Source: Salinarimonadaceae bacterium
GTDB lineage: Bacteria; Pseudomonadota; Alphaproteobacteria; Rhizobiales; Beijerinckiaceae
Direction of reading: 5' to 3'
Assembly: GCA_050485405.1 (NCBI GenBank)
Contig: JBJHBI010000011.1
Coordinates: forward strand, 16,112 to 80,111
Length of the DNA stretch: 64,000 bases
Shown: positions 47,071 through 57,265 of the stretch, piece after piece
Numbering within the stretch: the first letter of the stretch is position 1
Layout: each line of letters opens with the position of its first letter
The notes under the pieces: model-generated
What the model was told of the DNA's origin: nothing
Database searches by the model: none
What the model saw: the letters and a program-made list of their open reading frames with translations, nothing else
Program-made: the position numbers and the translations under genes

Positions 47071-48639
47071 ATGACGAAGAAGACGATAGCGGCTTCGGCG
47101 CTGCTGATCGGCCTTGCGCCGGTCTCGGGCGCCTCCGACGACGCACCGACACCGAGTGCAATCGATTACGCGCTGTATTTCAATGCCGATGTTCGTGACG
47201 CGCCCGATTGCGCGATGAGCGTCGTGGATGGCGAGATCGTCATCGATCCCGCGATCACGAACCCGTCCATGACCTGTCCGGACATGTTCTCGTGGAAGCT
47301 CTTCACCGAGGTCGTGTCGCAGGAATTTTGGAAGAACTGGGCCGCCGACCAGCAGACATGGCCGAGCGAGCCCTATGCGATGTGCCAGCCGGGCGACGAC
47401 GCCACGACCTGTTGCGCACCGGATTCGCTGGAGAATCCCGGCTATGACGATGCCGAGAACCCGGCGCTGCATTGCCCTTATTTTCCGGGCGACCACCGCG
47501 CTGCCGGCACGACCCCGCCGCTGCCGCTGGCCCAGCCGCTCTCGAAAGCGCATGCGACCCGTTTCGACGACAATCTGCGCCGGGTCACGCCGCAGCAGAT
47601 CGATGCGATCGATCCGGGGCGTATCATTCGCCAATCCATGGCGGAGTTCGTCTTCCGCAACAAGCCGATGTTCGATTACGTCTTCGAGCACGATCTCTAC
47701 AACGCCGACGGTCTCGCGAAGGTGTTTGCGGAGAATGCCCGCGTGATGCGCGAGAACGCGCCGTACCGCAGCGCCAATCCCGGCGGCGCGAGTGCGCGGA
47801 TCGAATTTCCCGTCGACGCGGTGATGATCAAGAGCAACTGGATCAGCGCCGAGCGCGCCGCCGAGATCGGCATCGAGAACGACCCGGACAACCCCTTCAT
47901 CACCATGGAGATGAAATCCGCCGTCACCGACAACAACGCCCAGATCTTCGAGCCGGGCGAGCATTGGCTGCTCTCGTTCCACGTGTCGTCGAAGGACATT
48001 CCGAACTGGGTCTGGCTGACCTTCGAGCATGTCGATAATCTGGGACGCTGCGACTATACGGGCTGCAACGATTCCTACGGCTTCGCCTCGCCGGACACGG
48101 TGCCGGAAAACGCCGCCGACAATTTCACCCGCCCGCATGTGATGAGCGACGATCTGCCGATCTCCTCGCCGATCTTCGATCCGGGCCGGGTCTATGATTC
48201 CGGGCCGATCCGCACCGGCCTCGAAGGCGTGCTGGACGGGCTCGATATCGGGACGACCGAGGCGCGCGATCCGACCATGCCGAACGCTTCCGATCGCGCC
48301 TGGCGCAGCTATCGCCTCAAGGGCAGTCAGGTGGATTTCGTGCAATCGACCGGCCACCGTATCCTGCTCGGAAACTCGGTCACCGAAGGCGGCTTCATGA
48401 TGTCGTCTTCCTGCATGACCTGCCATTCGCGCGCCCATGTCGGGCCGGACGGCAAGCCGAGTGTGCTGGGCGTGTTCGAGAACACGGTCGATTCGATCGG
48501 CTACGGCGAGGGCTCGCTGGGGACGCCGAACCCCAACTGGTTCATCTCGAGCCAGCAGCCTCCCGCCTTGCAGGCGTTGCAGACCGATTTCGTCTGGGGC
48601 TTCTTCTTCGCGAACGATCTGCACGCGCCGGCGGAGTGA
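47071..48639 (+). CDS. Secreted Cys-rich hypothetical protein with a single CXXCH motif
   Basis: 522 aa with an AGGGGGA SD and signal peptide MTKKTIAASALLIGLAPVSGA. It has 10 Cys including CMTCH near the C-terminus, and the conserved-looking block HWLLSFHVSSKDIPNWVWLTFEHVDN. Confidence 0.75.
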   Translation: MTKKTIAASALLIGLAPVSGASDDAPTPSAIDYALYFNADVRDAPDCAMSVVDGEIVIDPAITNPSMTCPDMFSWKLFTEVVSQEFWKNWAADQQTWPSEPYAMCQPGDDATTCCAPDSLENPGYDDAENPALHCPYFPGDHRAAGTTPPLPLAQPLSKAHATRFDDNLRRVTPQQIDAIDPGRIIRQSMAEFVFRNKPMFDYVFEHDLYNADGLAKVFAENARVMRENAPYRSANPGGASARIEFPVDAVMIKSNWISAERAAEIGIENDPDNPFITMEMKSAVTDNNAQIFEPGEHWLLSFHVSSKDIPNWVWLTFEHVDNLGRCDYTGCNDSYGFASPDTVPENAADNFTRPHVMSDDLPISSPIFDPGRVYDSGPIRTGLEGVLDGLDIGTTEARDPTMPNASDRAWRSYRLKGSQVDFVQSTGHRILLGNSVTEGGFMMSSSCMTCHSRAHVGPDGKPSVLGVFENTVDSIGYGEGSLGTPNPNWFISSQQPPALQALQTDFVWGFFFANDLHAPAE

Positions 48640-48678
48640 ACCGCGCCCCATCGCGCTGATCACGAGCAGAATTCCGGG

Positions 48679-48710
48679 AGGCCGGCGTCACCATGGCGCC
48701 GGCCTTTTCC
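48679..48710 (+). terminator. Rho-independent terminator
   Basis: AGGCCGGCG...CGCCGGCCT stem followed by TTTT, 40 nt after the stop at 48639. Confidence 0.7.
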
Positions 48711-48805
48711 GTTGCGTGGCCATGACCGGGTGTGAAACGCCGGAACTTGGTGAATCGCGCATATGGATGGGGCATCGCGCCCCTTGATCCCTTCATTGCC
48801 GGCGA

Positions 48806-48822
48806 ACCAATATGCGATTGGT
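48806..48822. promoter_or_regulatory. Candidate GntR-family operator ACCAAT-N5-ATTGGT
   Basis: Perfect 6-bp inverted repeat 55 nt upstream of the GntR-family gene start. Confidence 0.35.
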
Positions 48823-48876
48823 CACGTCGGCGAAAAGATCGACGGGCCGCGAAATCCGATGAGGGGATCATCGCAT

Positions 48877-49617
48877 ATGGCCGAGGCGGACGCCGATACG
48901 GCGCGCGAGACCAATGTCAGCGACAATTCGAGCCGCGCGCTCGCGGCCCTGCGTGCGCGGGTGCGTCGAATCGACCAGAATGGCGGAAAGGCCGTGCGTC
49001 TGCCGCCGGAGCGTGATCTGGCAACGGAACTCGGGATCGGACGCCGGGCCGTGCGACGGGCTCTGGAAGTGCTCGAGACCGAGGGGCTGATCTGGCGTCG
49101 TCAGGGCAAGGGCACCTTCGTCGGTGCGCCGCCCAACGACAATGTCGACATGGTGAGTGCACTCGTCGACCGAACCAATCCGCAAGAGGTTCTCGAAGCG
49201 CGCATGCAGCTCGAACCGGCTCTGGCCGGGCTCGCCGCGATGCGGGCCGTCCAGCAGGACGTGCGCAACATGCGAGATCTGTGCGAGCGCATCGCGCGGG
49301 CCGATGACGACGATGCCCGCGAATTGTGGGACGAGGCCCTGCATCGCACGATCGGGCGGGCCGCCGGCAACGCGCTGCTCTTCGGGCTCTACGAGATCAT
49401 CGAGGAGGTGCGCCGCGACGATGCCTGGCGCACCCTTCGCGAACGTGCGCGCTCGAACGCCATGGTCGCCACCTATGTCGAGCAGCACGCCGCCATCGTC
49501 GACGCCATCGCCCGCCGCGATCCCGGTGCCGCCGAGCAGACCATGCGCACGCATATCGCGACGCTCAGGCGCAGCATTCTCACTCTGGACGATCAGGAGG
49601 CCGGCCTTGTCGGATAA
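48877..49617 (+). CDS. GntR/FadR-family transcriptional regulator (FCD domain)
   Basis: It has the HTH LPPERDLATELGIGRRAVRRALEVLETEGLIWRRQGKGTFV and an all-helical C-terminal domain. Confidence 0.85.
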   Translation: MAEADADTARETNVSDNSSRALAALRARVRRIDQNGGKAVRLPPERDLATELGIGRRAVRRALEVLETEGLIWRRQGKGTFVGAPPNDNVDMVSALVDRTNPQEVLEARMQLEPALAGLAAMRAVQQDVRNMRDLCERIARADDDDARELWDEALHRTIGRAAGNALLFGLYEIIEEVRRDDAWRTLRERARSNAMVATYVEQHAAIVDAIARRDPGAAEQTMRTHIATLRRSILTLDDQEAGLVG

Positions 49618-50611
49618 CGCGCCCCTTCTCGAAGTCACGGATCTGTCGATCATGATCGGCCGGCAGGCCGAGAATCTGGTCGATGATGTGAGCTTCTCGG
49701 TCATGCCCGGCGAGACCTTGTGCATCGTTGGCGAATCCGGTTGCGGCAAGTCGGTCACGGCGCTCGCGCTGATGGGCTTGCTCCAGACGCCGCCGGTTCA
49801 CATCACCAACGGCAGTGTCCGCTTTGACGGGCACGATCTGCTCGGGCTTTCGGTCGAGAAATGGTCGGATCTGCGCGGCGATCGCATGGCGATGATCTTC
49901 CAGGAGCCGATGACGGCCCTGAACCCGGCCTTCACCATCGGCGACCAGATCGCGGAATCCGTGATGCGTCATCGCCGGATCGGTGCGGACGCGGCACGGG
50001 CGCGGGCGCTGGAAATGCTGGAGCGCGTCGGTATTCCCGCCGCCAGCACCCGGCTCGACGCCTATCCGCATCAGCTTTCCGGTGGCATGCGGCAGCGCGC
50101 CATGATCGCCATGGCGCTCGCCAACGATCCCACGCTCCTGATTGCCGACGAGCCGACGACCGCGCTCGACGTCACCATCCAGGCCCAGGTGCTGCAACTG
50201 ATCCGCGATCTCCAGCGCGAGAGTGGCACGGCGCTGATCCTGATCACGCACGATCTCGGCGTGGTCGCCGAAGTGGCCGACAAGGTCGCGGTGATGTATG
50301 CCGGGCGCATCGTCGAGGCGGCGCCGGTCGATGCGTTGTTCAACGATCCGCAGCACCCCTACACGATCGGCCTGATCGGCTCGCTGCCCGGGCTCGAAGC
50401 CGGGGCGCGTGGCAGCCGCCTCGCCACCATTCCCGGCCTCGTGCCAGCACCCGAGAGCATGCCGGCGGGCTGCCGTTTCGCCGATCGCTGCCCCTTCGCC
50501 GATGCCGCCTGCGCGACCGCTCCGCCGCTGCGCGAGATCGCGGCGGGCCATAAGGTCGCCTGTCACTACGCCCCGCTCGAAGAGCATTTCGCATCGGAGG
50601 AGGCGGCATGA
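49607..50611 (+). CDS. Peptide ABC transporter ATP-binding protein (DppD/OppD-like)
   Basis: The TTG start is preceded by AGGAGG. It has Walker A GESGCGKS, signature LSGGMRQR, Walker [13 protein letters not shown] and an oligopeptide C-terminal domain. Confidence 0.85.
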   Translation: MSDNAPLLEVTDLSIMIGRQAENLVDDVSFSVMPGETLCIVGESGCGKSVTALALMGLLQTPPVHITNGSVRFDGHDLLGLSVEKWSDLRGDRMAMIFQEPMTALNPAFTIGDQIAESVMRHRRIGADAARARALEMLERVGIPAASTRLDAYPHQLSGGMRQRAMIAMALANDPTLLIADEPTTALDVTIQAQVLQLIRDLQRESGTALILITHDLGVVAEVADKVAVMYAGRIVEAAPVDALFNDPQHPYTIGLIGSLPGLEAGARGSRLATIPGLVPAPESMPAGCRFADRCPFADAACATAPPLREIAAGHKVACHYAPLEEHFASEEAA

Positions 50612-51816
50612 AGGCGCAGATGAGTGCGGAAATCGAAGCCGATGCACCGGTCGCGGAAACCGTCGGCGAGAGCGTGCTGATCGAGGCGCGCGGGCTGCGC
50701 AAGCATTTCGTCACCAAGCGCCCGCTCTTCGGCAAGCCCACGGTGGTGCGCGCCGTGGACGGGGTCGATCTCAGCGTGCGGCGCGGCGAGACGTTTTCGA
50801 TCGTGGGCGAATCCGGTTGCGGCAAGTCGACCCTCGCGCGGCTCCTGATCCGCCTGCTCGATCCGACCGAGGGCTCGGTCGTCTACGATGGCAAGGACAT
50901 CGCGGCCCTGCCCGAGGGCGAGATGCGGCGGTTGCGCCGGGATCTCCAGTTCGTCTTCCAGGATCCGTTCTCCTCGCTCAATCCGCGTATGACCATCGGC
51001 GGGCTGGTCGAGGAGCCTATGCGCGCCCATGGCATTCACGATCCGAAGGAGCGCCGGGCGGAAGTCGCGAAGCTCCTTCGGCGGGTCGGGCTGCGGCCCG
51101 AATATGCCGATCGCTATCCGCATGAATTCTCCGGCGGCCAGCGCCAGCGGATCGGCATCGCCCGCGCCCTCGCCACCGGGCCGAAGCTCCTGATCGGCGA
51201 CGAGCCGGTTTCGGCGCTAGACGTCTCGGTCCAGGCGCAGGTGATCAATCTGCTGGAGGATCTGAAGGAGGAATTCGGCCTCACCCTGATCGTCATCGCC
51301 CATGACCTCGCCGTGGTGCGCCACATGAGCGACCGGGTCGGCGTGATGTATCTGGGCGAGATTGTCGAGGTGGGAGAGGCGGAGAGCTTCTTCTCCGCGC
51401 CGCTGCACCCTTATTCGCGGGCGCTGCTCGCCGCTATTCCCGCCCCCGACCCCGCACGCCGGCATGACGGCGAGAGGCCGGGGCTGTCGGGGGATATTCC
51501 AAACCCCGTCGCGCCGCCACCCGGCTGCCGCTTCCACACGCGCTGCCCCTTCGCCGATACGCGCTGTCGCGAGGAGCGCCCGGTGCTGCGCCCGGCGGGG
51601 GAGGGGCGCGCAGTCGCCTGTCATCATTTCGAGACGCTGGAGCCGGCCGAAGGCCTGCCCACGCCGCCCGTGCGCAAACCGCACGTGGAAAAACGCTTCG
51701 CCCTCTATCGCGCGAGGCGGAACGAACAGACCCCGCAAAGGGGCAACCCGGAGGGCGCGACCCCCGGGCAGAAGAGCCGCGAGCCGACCGGTACCCATCC
51801 CACGGCGAAGCTTTGA
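50608..51816 (+). CDS. Peptide ABC transporter ATP-binding protein (DppF/OppF-like) with a low-complexity C-terminal tail
   Basis: It has Walker [18 protein letters not shown] and [12 protein letters not shown]. There is an ATGA overlap with the previous gene. Confidence 0.88.
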   Translation: MKAQMSAEIEADAPVAETVGESVLIEARGLRKHFVTKRPLFGKPTVVRAVDGVDLSVRRGETFSIVGESGCGKSTLARLLIRLLDPTEGSVVYDGKDIAALPEGEMRRLRRDLQFVFQDPFSSLNPRMTIGGLVEEPMRAHGIHDPKERRAEVAKLLRRVGLRPEYADRYPHEFSGGQRQRIGIARALATGPKLLIGDEPVSALDVSVQAQVINLLEDLKEEFGLTLIVIAHDLAVVRHMSDRVGVMYLGEIVEVGEAESFFSAPLHPYSRALLAAIPAPDPARRHDGERPGLSGDIPNPVAPPPGCRFHTRCPFADTRCREERPVLRPAGEGRAVACHHFETLEPAEGLPTPPVRKPHVEKRFALYRARRNEQTPQRGNPEGATPGQKSREPTGTHPTAKL

Positions 51817-51853
51817 CGTCGGAAAAATCCCACAGGACCAGAGGAGAGAAACA

Positions 51854-53365
51854 ATGAGATTCATGCAGACAGTCGGGGCCGCAGCCCTGATCGCCGCGAT
51901 GGCGGCGGGCGCGCATGCGCAGGAACTGCGCATCGGCCTCCAGGACGACGCCGACGTGCTCGACACCGATCAGTCGCGCACCTTCGTGGGGCGCATCGTC
52001 TACACCGCCCTGTGCGACAAGCTCGTCGACATCGATCCCGATCTCAACATCGTGCCCCAGCTCGCCACGGACTGGAGCTGGTCGGATGACGAGACCGAGC
52101 TGACGATGACGCTGCGCGAGGGCGTCGTCTTCCATGACGGCACGCCGTTCAACGCCGATGCGGTGGTCGCCAATATCGACCGCAGCCTCAACCATCCCGA
52201 GAGCCGCCGCCGTTCCGAAATCGCGTCGATCGACGGCGTCGAGGCCGTAGACGAGTACACCGTCCTCATCACCCTGTCCGCCCCCGACGCGACGCTGCTC
52301 GCCCAGCTCTCCGACCGCGCCGGCATGATGATCTCGCCGACGGCGGCCGAGGAAATGGGCGCCGATTTCGGCTCGGCTCCGGTCTGCTCCGGCCCGTTCC
52401 GTTTCGTCGAGCGCGTCCAGCAGGACCGCATCGCGCTCGAGCGCTTCGAGGATTACTGGAATGCCGACGAGATCCATCTCGATGCGGTCACCTTCCTGCC
52501 GATCCCCGACACGACCGTGCGTCTCGCGAACCTGCGCGCCGGTGATCTCGACATGATCGAACGTCTGGCGGCCACCGATCTGACGAGCGCGCGCGGCGAT
52601 TCCAACCTCACCGTCGTCGACATCACGGCGCTCGGCTATCAGGGCATCACGATGAATGTGGGCAACGGCCCGAATTCGGAGCAGCCCTTCGGCGAGGACG
52701 CGCGTCTGCGTCAGGCGCTGAGCCTGTCGATCGACCGCAACGCGCTCAATCAGGTGGTCTTCGAGGGCGCCTTCACGCCGGGCAACCAGCCGGTACCTCC
52801 CGGGACGACCTTCTACGACGAGCGCTTCCCGATTCCCGAGCGTGATGTCGAGGCCGCGCGCGAACTGCTCGCCGAGGCGGGCTTCGCCGACGGTATCGAG
52901 CTCACGGTGCAGGTCGCCAACAACCCGGTCCAGACCCAGGTCATGGAAGTGGTCCAGGCCATGGCGGGTGAAGCGGGCATCAACATCAGCCTGCGCGCCA
53001 CCGAGTTCGCCACGCTGCTCCAGCAGCAGACGGCGGGTGAATACGAGGGCAGCCAGGTCGGCTGGTCGGGCCGCACGGACGTGGACGGCAACATCCACCA
53101 GTTCGTGACCTGCGACGGCGGCATCAACGATTCGGGCTTCTGCGATCCGCGCGTCGACGAACTCCTCGACCGTGCCCGCACCTCGAACGATCCGGCGGTG
53201 CGCAAGGAGGCCTATGATGCCGCGCAGGAAATCCTGAGCCAGGAGCTGCCGATCATCTACCTCTACCACCCGAGCTGGATCTGGGCGATGAGCGCCAATG
53301 TGGAAGGCTTCGAGGCCTATCCCGACGGCATGATCCGCCTCGAAGGCGTGCGCTTCACCGACTGA
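51854..53365 (+). CDS. Family-5 ABC substrate-binding protein (peptide/nickel type)
   Basis: ATG 51854 follows GAGGAGAGA, and the signal peptide is MRFMQTVGAAALIAAMAAGAHA. The body is DppA-like. Confidence 0.88.
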   Translation: MRFMQTVGAAALIAAMAAGAHAQELRIGLQDDADVLDTDQSRTFVGRIVYTALCDKLVDIDPDLNIVPQLATDWSWSDDETELTMTLREGVVFHDGTPFNADAVVANIDRSLNHPESRRRSEIASIDGVEAVDEYTVLITLSAPDATLLAQLSDRAGMMISPTAAEEMGADFGSAPVCSGPFRFVERVQQDRIALERFEDYWNADEIHLDAVTFLPIPDTTVRLANLRAGDLDMIERLAATDLTSARGDSNLTVVDITALGYQGITMNVGNGPNSEQPFGEDARLRQALSLSIDRNALNQVVFEGAFTPGNQPVPPGTTFYDERFPIPERDVEAARELLAEAGFADGIELTVQVANNPVQTQVMEVVQAMAGEAGINISLRATEFATLLQQQTAGEYEGSQVGWSGRTDVDGNIHQFVTCDGGINDSGFCDPRVDELLDRARTSNDPAVRKEAYDAAQEILSQELPIIYLYHPSWIWAMSANVEGFEAYPDGMIRLEGVRFTD

Positions 53366-53383
53366 AGCCACCCGTGATGAGAC

Positions 53384-53432
53384 GATCCCGGCGCATCGGG
53401 CGCCGGGATCACCCCCGCCCGTCACGGGCGGG
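53384..53432 (+). promoter_or_regulatory. Twin GC-rich intercistronic stem-loops after the binding-protein gene
   Basis: GATCCCGGCGC-atcgg-GCGCCGGGATC (11 bp, perfect) and CCCGCCCG-tca-CGGGCGGG (8 bp, perfect). Neither has a T-run. Confidence 0.5.
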
Positions 53433-53461
53433 CCAGACACGTTCACCGGAAGGCGCCCGTC

Positions 53462-54409
53462 ATGCTCGCATTCATCGGCCGCAGATTGCTGATCGCCATC
53501 CCGACGATCTTCATGATCTCCGTCTTCGTGTTCCTGCTGCAGAAGCTCCTGCCCGGTGATCCGGTGCTCGCGCTCGCGGGGGAAGACCGTGATCCGGCGA
53601 CGCTCGAAGCCCTTCGTGAGATGTACAATCTCAACGAACCCCTGATCGTACAGTATTATTACTGGATCAGCGGGGTGCTGCAGGGTGATCTCGGCATGTC
53701 GCTGCGCACCAACCAGCCTGTGACCGCGCTGATCCTCGAAAAGCTCCCGGTAACCTTCCAGCTCGCGGTGATGGCGCTCGTCTTCGCCATCGGCATCGGC
53801 GTGCCCATGGGCATCCTCTCCGCCGTCTACAAAGGCAGCTGGCTCGACTATATCGCGAATTTCGTCGCTCTTTCCGGGCTCTCGATCCCGAATTTCTGGC
53901 TCGGCATCCTCCTGATCCTGCTGGTCTCGGTGAATCTCGGCTGGCTGCCCGCTTCCGGCTACCGGCCCTTCACGGTCGATCCGGTGCGCTCGATCGAGAC
54001 CATGCTGATGCCAGCCTTCGTGCTCGGCACGGCGCTCGCGGCCACGCTGATGCGCCACACCCGCAGCGCCATGCTGACCGTCCTGAAATCCGATTATGTC
54101 CGCACCGCCCGCGCCAAGGGTCTGCGCGAGCGCGTCGTCATCATGAAACACGCCCTGCGCAACGCGCTCGTGCCGGTAGTGACCGTCTCGGCGCTGCTGT
54201 TCGGTGAATTGCTCGCGGGCGCCATTCTGACCGAGCAGATCTTCACCATTCCGGGCTTCGGCAAGCTCGTCGTCGATGCCGTGTTCAACCGCGACTACGC
54301 CGTCGTCCAGGGCGTCGTGCTCGTCACCGCCGTCGGCTTCATCCTGATGAACCTGCTCGCCGACACCGCCTACATGATCCTCAACCCGCGCATGAGGGAC
54401 CAGAAATGA
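53462..54409 (+). CDS. ABC transporter permease (DppB-like)
   Basis: 315 aa and polytopic, with an EAA-type loop (YVRTARAKGLRERVVIMKHALRNAL). Confidence 0.9.
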   Translation: MLAFIGRRLLIAIPTIFMISVFVFLLQKLLPGDPVLALAGEDRDPATLEALREMYNLNEPLIVQYYYWISGVLQGDLGMSLRTNQPVTALILEKLPVTFQLAVMALVFAIGIGVPMGILSAVYKGSWLDYIANFVALSGLSIPNFWLGILLILLVSVNLGWLPASGYRPFTVDPVRSIETMLMPAFVLGTALAATLMRHTRSAMLTVLKSDYVRTARAKGLRERVVIMKHALRNALVPVVTVSALLFGELLAGAILTEQIFTIPGFGKLVVDAVFNRDYAVVQGVVLVTAVGFILMNLLADTAYMILNPRMRDQK

Positions 54410-55320
54410 GCACGGTCGTCTCTGCACCAGCCCCCCGGATGCAGCCGCAGGCGGGCGATGTCCAGCCGCAGATCGAGAAGCTGCCGCCGCGCCGCAATCG
54501 CGTCTGGGAGAAACTGCGCCGGCGTCCCTCGGCCCTGTTCGGGGCCGTGCTGGTGGGCGTTTTCGTCTTCCTCGCCATCGCTGCACCCTTCCTGCCGATC
54601 AGGCCGCCGGCTGCGACTGATTGGGGCGCGATCCGCCTGCCGCCATCCCTCGATCACCCTCTGGGCACCGACCAGAACGGCCGGGACCTGCTCTCGCGCA
54701 TGATCTGGGGCGCGCAGGCCTCGCTGCTCGCCGGTGTCGTATCGGTGATGATCGCGGTGCTTGCCGGCGTGCCTCTCGGCGTCATCGCCGGATGGCGCGG
54801 CGGCTGGACCGATGCCACCATCTCGCGCATGACCGAAGCGCTGCTCGCAGTGCCCTTCCTGATCCTCGCCATCGCCTTCGCCGCCTTTCTGGGGCCGTCG
54901 CTCACCAATGCGATGATCGCGATCGGTCTCTCGGCGACACCGATCTTCATCCGCCTCGCGCGCGGGCAGACGCTCGCGGTGAAGACGGAGGATTACGTCG
55001 AGAGTGCCCGTGCCGCCGGGGTCGGACAATTCTCGATCCTCGCGCGCTACATCCTGCCCAATATCGCGCCGCCGATCATCGTGCAGGCGACGCTCACCGT
55101 CGCCACCGCGATCATCGCCGAGGCGAGCCTGTCCTTCCTCGGGCTCGGCCAGCAGCCGCCCGCGCCGTCATGGGGGGCGATGCTGAACACGGCGAAGAAC
55201 TTCATGGAGCAGGCCCCCTGGATGGCGATGTGGCCGGGAGCCGCGATCTTCCTCGTGGTGCTCGGCTTCAACCTGTTCGGTGACGGGCTGCGCGACGCGC
55301 TCGATCCGCGCGAGAGCTGA
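54406..55320 (+). CDS. ABC transporter permease (DppC-like)
   Basis: 304 aa and polytopic, containing YVESARAAGVGQFSILARYILPNI. There is an ATGA overlap with the previous gene. Confidence 0.9.
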   Translation: MSTVVSAPAPRMQPQAGDVQPQIEKLPPRRNRVWEKLRRRPSALFGAVLVGVFVFLAIAAPFLPIRPPAATDWGAIRLPPSLDHPLGTDQNGRDLLSRMIWGAQASLLAGVVSVMIAVLAGVPLGVIAGWRGGWTDATISRMTEALLAVPFLILAIAFAAFLGPSLTNAMIAIGLSATPIFIRLARGQTLAVKTEDYVESARAAGVGQFSILARYILPNIAPPIIVQATLTVATAIIAEASLSFLGLGQQPPAPSWGAMLNTAKNFMEQAPWMAMWPGAAIFLVVLGFNLFGDGLRDALDPRES

Positions 55321-55420
55321 GAGCGGGCGCCACGGCGCCCGTGATCCAACGACCAACCGGGAAAAAACCCGGTCATCGCAAGGCGCCCGTGAGCGGCGTC
55401 GCGATAGCCTCGGAGGAAAC

Positions 55421-57229
55421 ATGACGTTCGATCACCCCTTCACCACCCGCCCCGAGATACGCGGGCGCTTCGGCGTGGTGACCTCGACCCACTGGATCGC
55501 CTCCGCTGTGGGCATGTCGATCCTCGAACGTGGCGGCAATGCCTTCGACGCGGCGGTCGCGACGGGTTTCGTGCTGCAAGTGGTCGAGCCGCATCTGAAC
55601 GGTCCCGGCGGCGACATGCCGGCGATCATCTTCGATGCCGCGACCGAGCGCACGCGCGTCCTGTGCGGGCAGGGGCCGGCGCCGGCGGGGGCGACGATCG
55701 ACCATTATCGCGGCCTCGGCCTCGACATGGTGCCCGGCTCGGGGCTCCTCGCCACGGTCATACCCGGCGCCTTCGATGCCTGGATGCTGATGCTGCGCGA
55801 TCACGGGACGCTGGAGCTTCGTGACGTGCTCGAACCGGCGATCCACTATGCCCGCCACGGCCATCCGGTGATGCCGCGCGTGGCGCATACGATCGCTGGG
55901 CTCGCCGATTATTTCCGGACCCATTGGCCGAGCTCGGCGGAAACCTGGCTGCCGGGCGGCGAGGCGCCGCGCCCGCACGAGGATTTCGCCAATCCCGTGC
56001 TCGCGCAGACTTGGGAACGCCTCCTCGACGAGGCCGGGAGCGCACCCTCGCGCGAGGCGCGGATCGATGCCGCGCGGCGGGTGTGGTCGCAAGGGTTCAT
56101 CGCCGAGCGCATCGACGCCTTCCTGCGCGAGGCGGAGGTGATGGACGTGACCGGGCGCGCCCACAAGGGCGTGCTCACCGGTGCCGACATGGCCGGTTGG
56201 CAGGCGCATTTCGAGGCGCCGGTCTCGCGGCGGTTCAAGGGCTGGGAGATATTCAAGACGGGCGCCTGGGGTCAGGGGCCGGCCCTGTTGCAGGCGCTCG
56301 CCATTCTGGAGGGCAGCGGGCTGGAGGATGCCGAACCGGCAGGACCGGAATTCGTGCACGCCGTCACCGAGGCGATCAAGCTCGCCTTCGCCGATCGCGA
56401 GGCCTATTACGGCGATCCCGACCATGCGGTGATCCCCCTGGATACGCTCCTCGGCGATGCCTATGCCAAGAGCCGCCGGGAGCTGATCGGGCCGCACGCT
56501 TCGCTAGAGCAGCGCCCCGGCGAAATCCCGGGCTTCTACAATCAGACGCGCATGGCGCTCGCGAATGCCGCCCGCGCGTCCTTTGCGGCGCAGGCCGGTG
56601 GGGCGGGGGCGGGCGAGCCGACCATGGCGCATCTCACCGAGAAGCGCGGCGATACCGTGCATCTCGACATCATCGATCGCCACGGCAACATGGTCTCCGC
56701 GACGCCGTCCGGCGGCTGGCTGCAATCCTCGCCCGTCGTGCCGGGGCTCGGTTTCGCGCTCAATACCCGCGCGCAGATGTTCTGGCTGGAGGAGGGGCTG
56801 CCGACGAGCCTCGCGCCGGGGCGCCGCCCGCGCACGACGCTCTCGCCCAGCCTCGCCATACGCGACGACGGCACGCGCCTCGCTTTCGGCACGCCCGGCG
56901 GCGATCAGCAGGACCAGTGGCAGATCGTGTTCTTCCTGCGTCACGTGCTCTACGGCGAGGGCCTGCAACAGGCGATCGACGCGCCGCTGTTTCATAGCGG
57001 GCATTTCCAGGAATCGTTCTATCCGCGCAACCTGCGCCCGGGCCATCTCGTCATCGAGGAGCGCTTCGGGGCGGATACGATCGCGGCATTGCAGGCGCGC
57101 GGACACAACGTCGAGGTGGCCGGACCGTGGAGCGTGGGACGTCTGACGGCGGCGCGGCGCGAGCCGGACGGGCGGCTGCGCGCCGCGGCCACGCCACGTC
57201 TGATGCAGGCTTATGCGATCGGGCGGTGA
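55421..57229 (+). CDS. Gamma-glutamyltransferase family protein
   Basis: 602 aa from MTFDHPF, with HWIASAVGMSILERGGNAFDAAVA and an Ntn-type site around GDTVHLDIIDRHGN. Confidence 0.82.
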   Translation: MTFDHPFTTRPEIRGRFGVVTSTHWIASAVGMSILERGGNAFDAAVATGFVLQVVEPHLNGPGGDMPAIIFDAATERTRVLCGQGPAPAGATIDHYRGLGLDMVPGSGLLATVIPGAFDAWMLMLRDHGTLELRDVLEPAIHYARHGHPVMPRVAHTIAGLADYFRTHWPSSAETWLPGGEAPRPHEDFANPVLAQTWERLLDEAGSAPSREARIDAARRVWSQGFIAERIDAFLREAEVMDVTGRAHKGVLTGADMAGWQAHFEAPVSRRFKGWEIFKTGAWGQGPALLQALAILEGSGLEDAEPAGPEFVHAVTEAIKLAFADREAYYGDPDHAVIPLDTLLGDAYAKSRRELIGPHASLEQRPGEIPGFYNQTRMALANAARASFAAQAGGAGAGEPTMAHLTEKRGDTVHLDIIDRHGNMVSATPSGGWLQSSPVVPGLGFALNTRAQMFWLEEGLPTSLAPGRRPRTTLSPSLAIRDDGTRLAFGTPGGDQQDQWQIVFFLRHVLYGEGLQQAIDAPLFHSGHFQESFYPRNLRPGHLVIEERFGADTIAALQARGHNVEVAGPWSVGRLTAARREPDGRLRAAATPRLMQAYAIGR

Positions 57230-57265
57230 GCCCGCAAAAACCGGTTCGAAAGGAGTGAGACGAAA

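Noticed and set aside
40600-48710. A genomic island, IS or prophage interpretation of the repeat / metal-protein / AT-rich region.
   Set aside because: There is no transposase, integrase, phage or conjugation gene, no tRNA attachment site and no flanking direct repeats that I could see. dinB and DUF3572-divK-pleD in the middle are core genes in their usual order.
51434-54586. The longest ORF in the window (1050 aa, minus strand).
   Set aside because: It lies entirely antisense to the well-supported binding-protein and permease genes. The translation is low-complexity and rich in R/G/A/D/H, and I recognise no motif. This is the typical mirror-frame open frame of GC-rich DNA.
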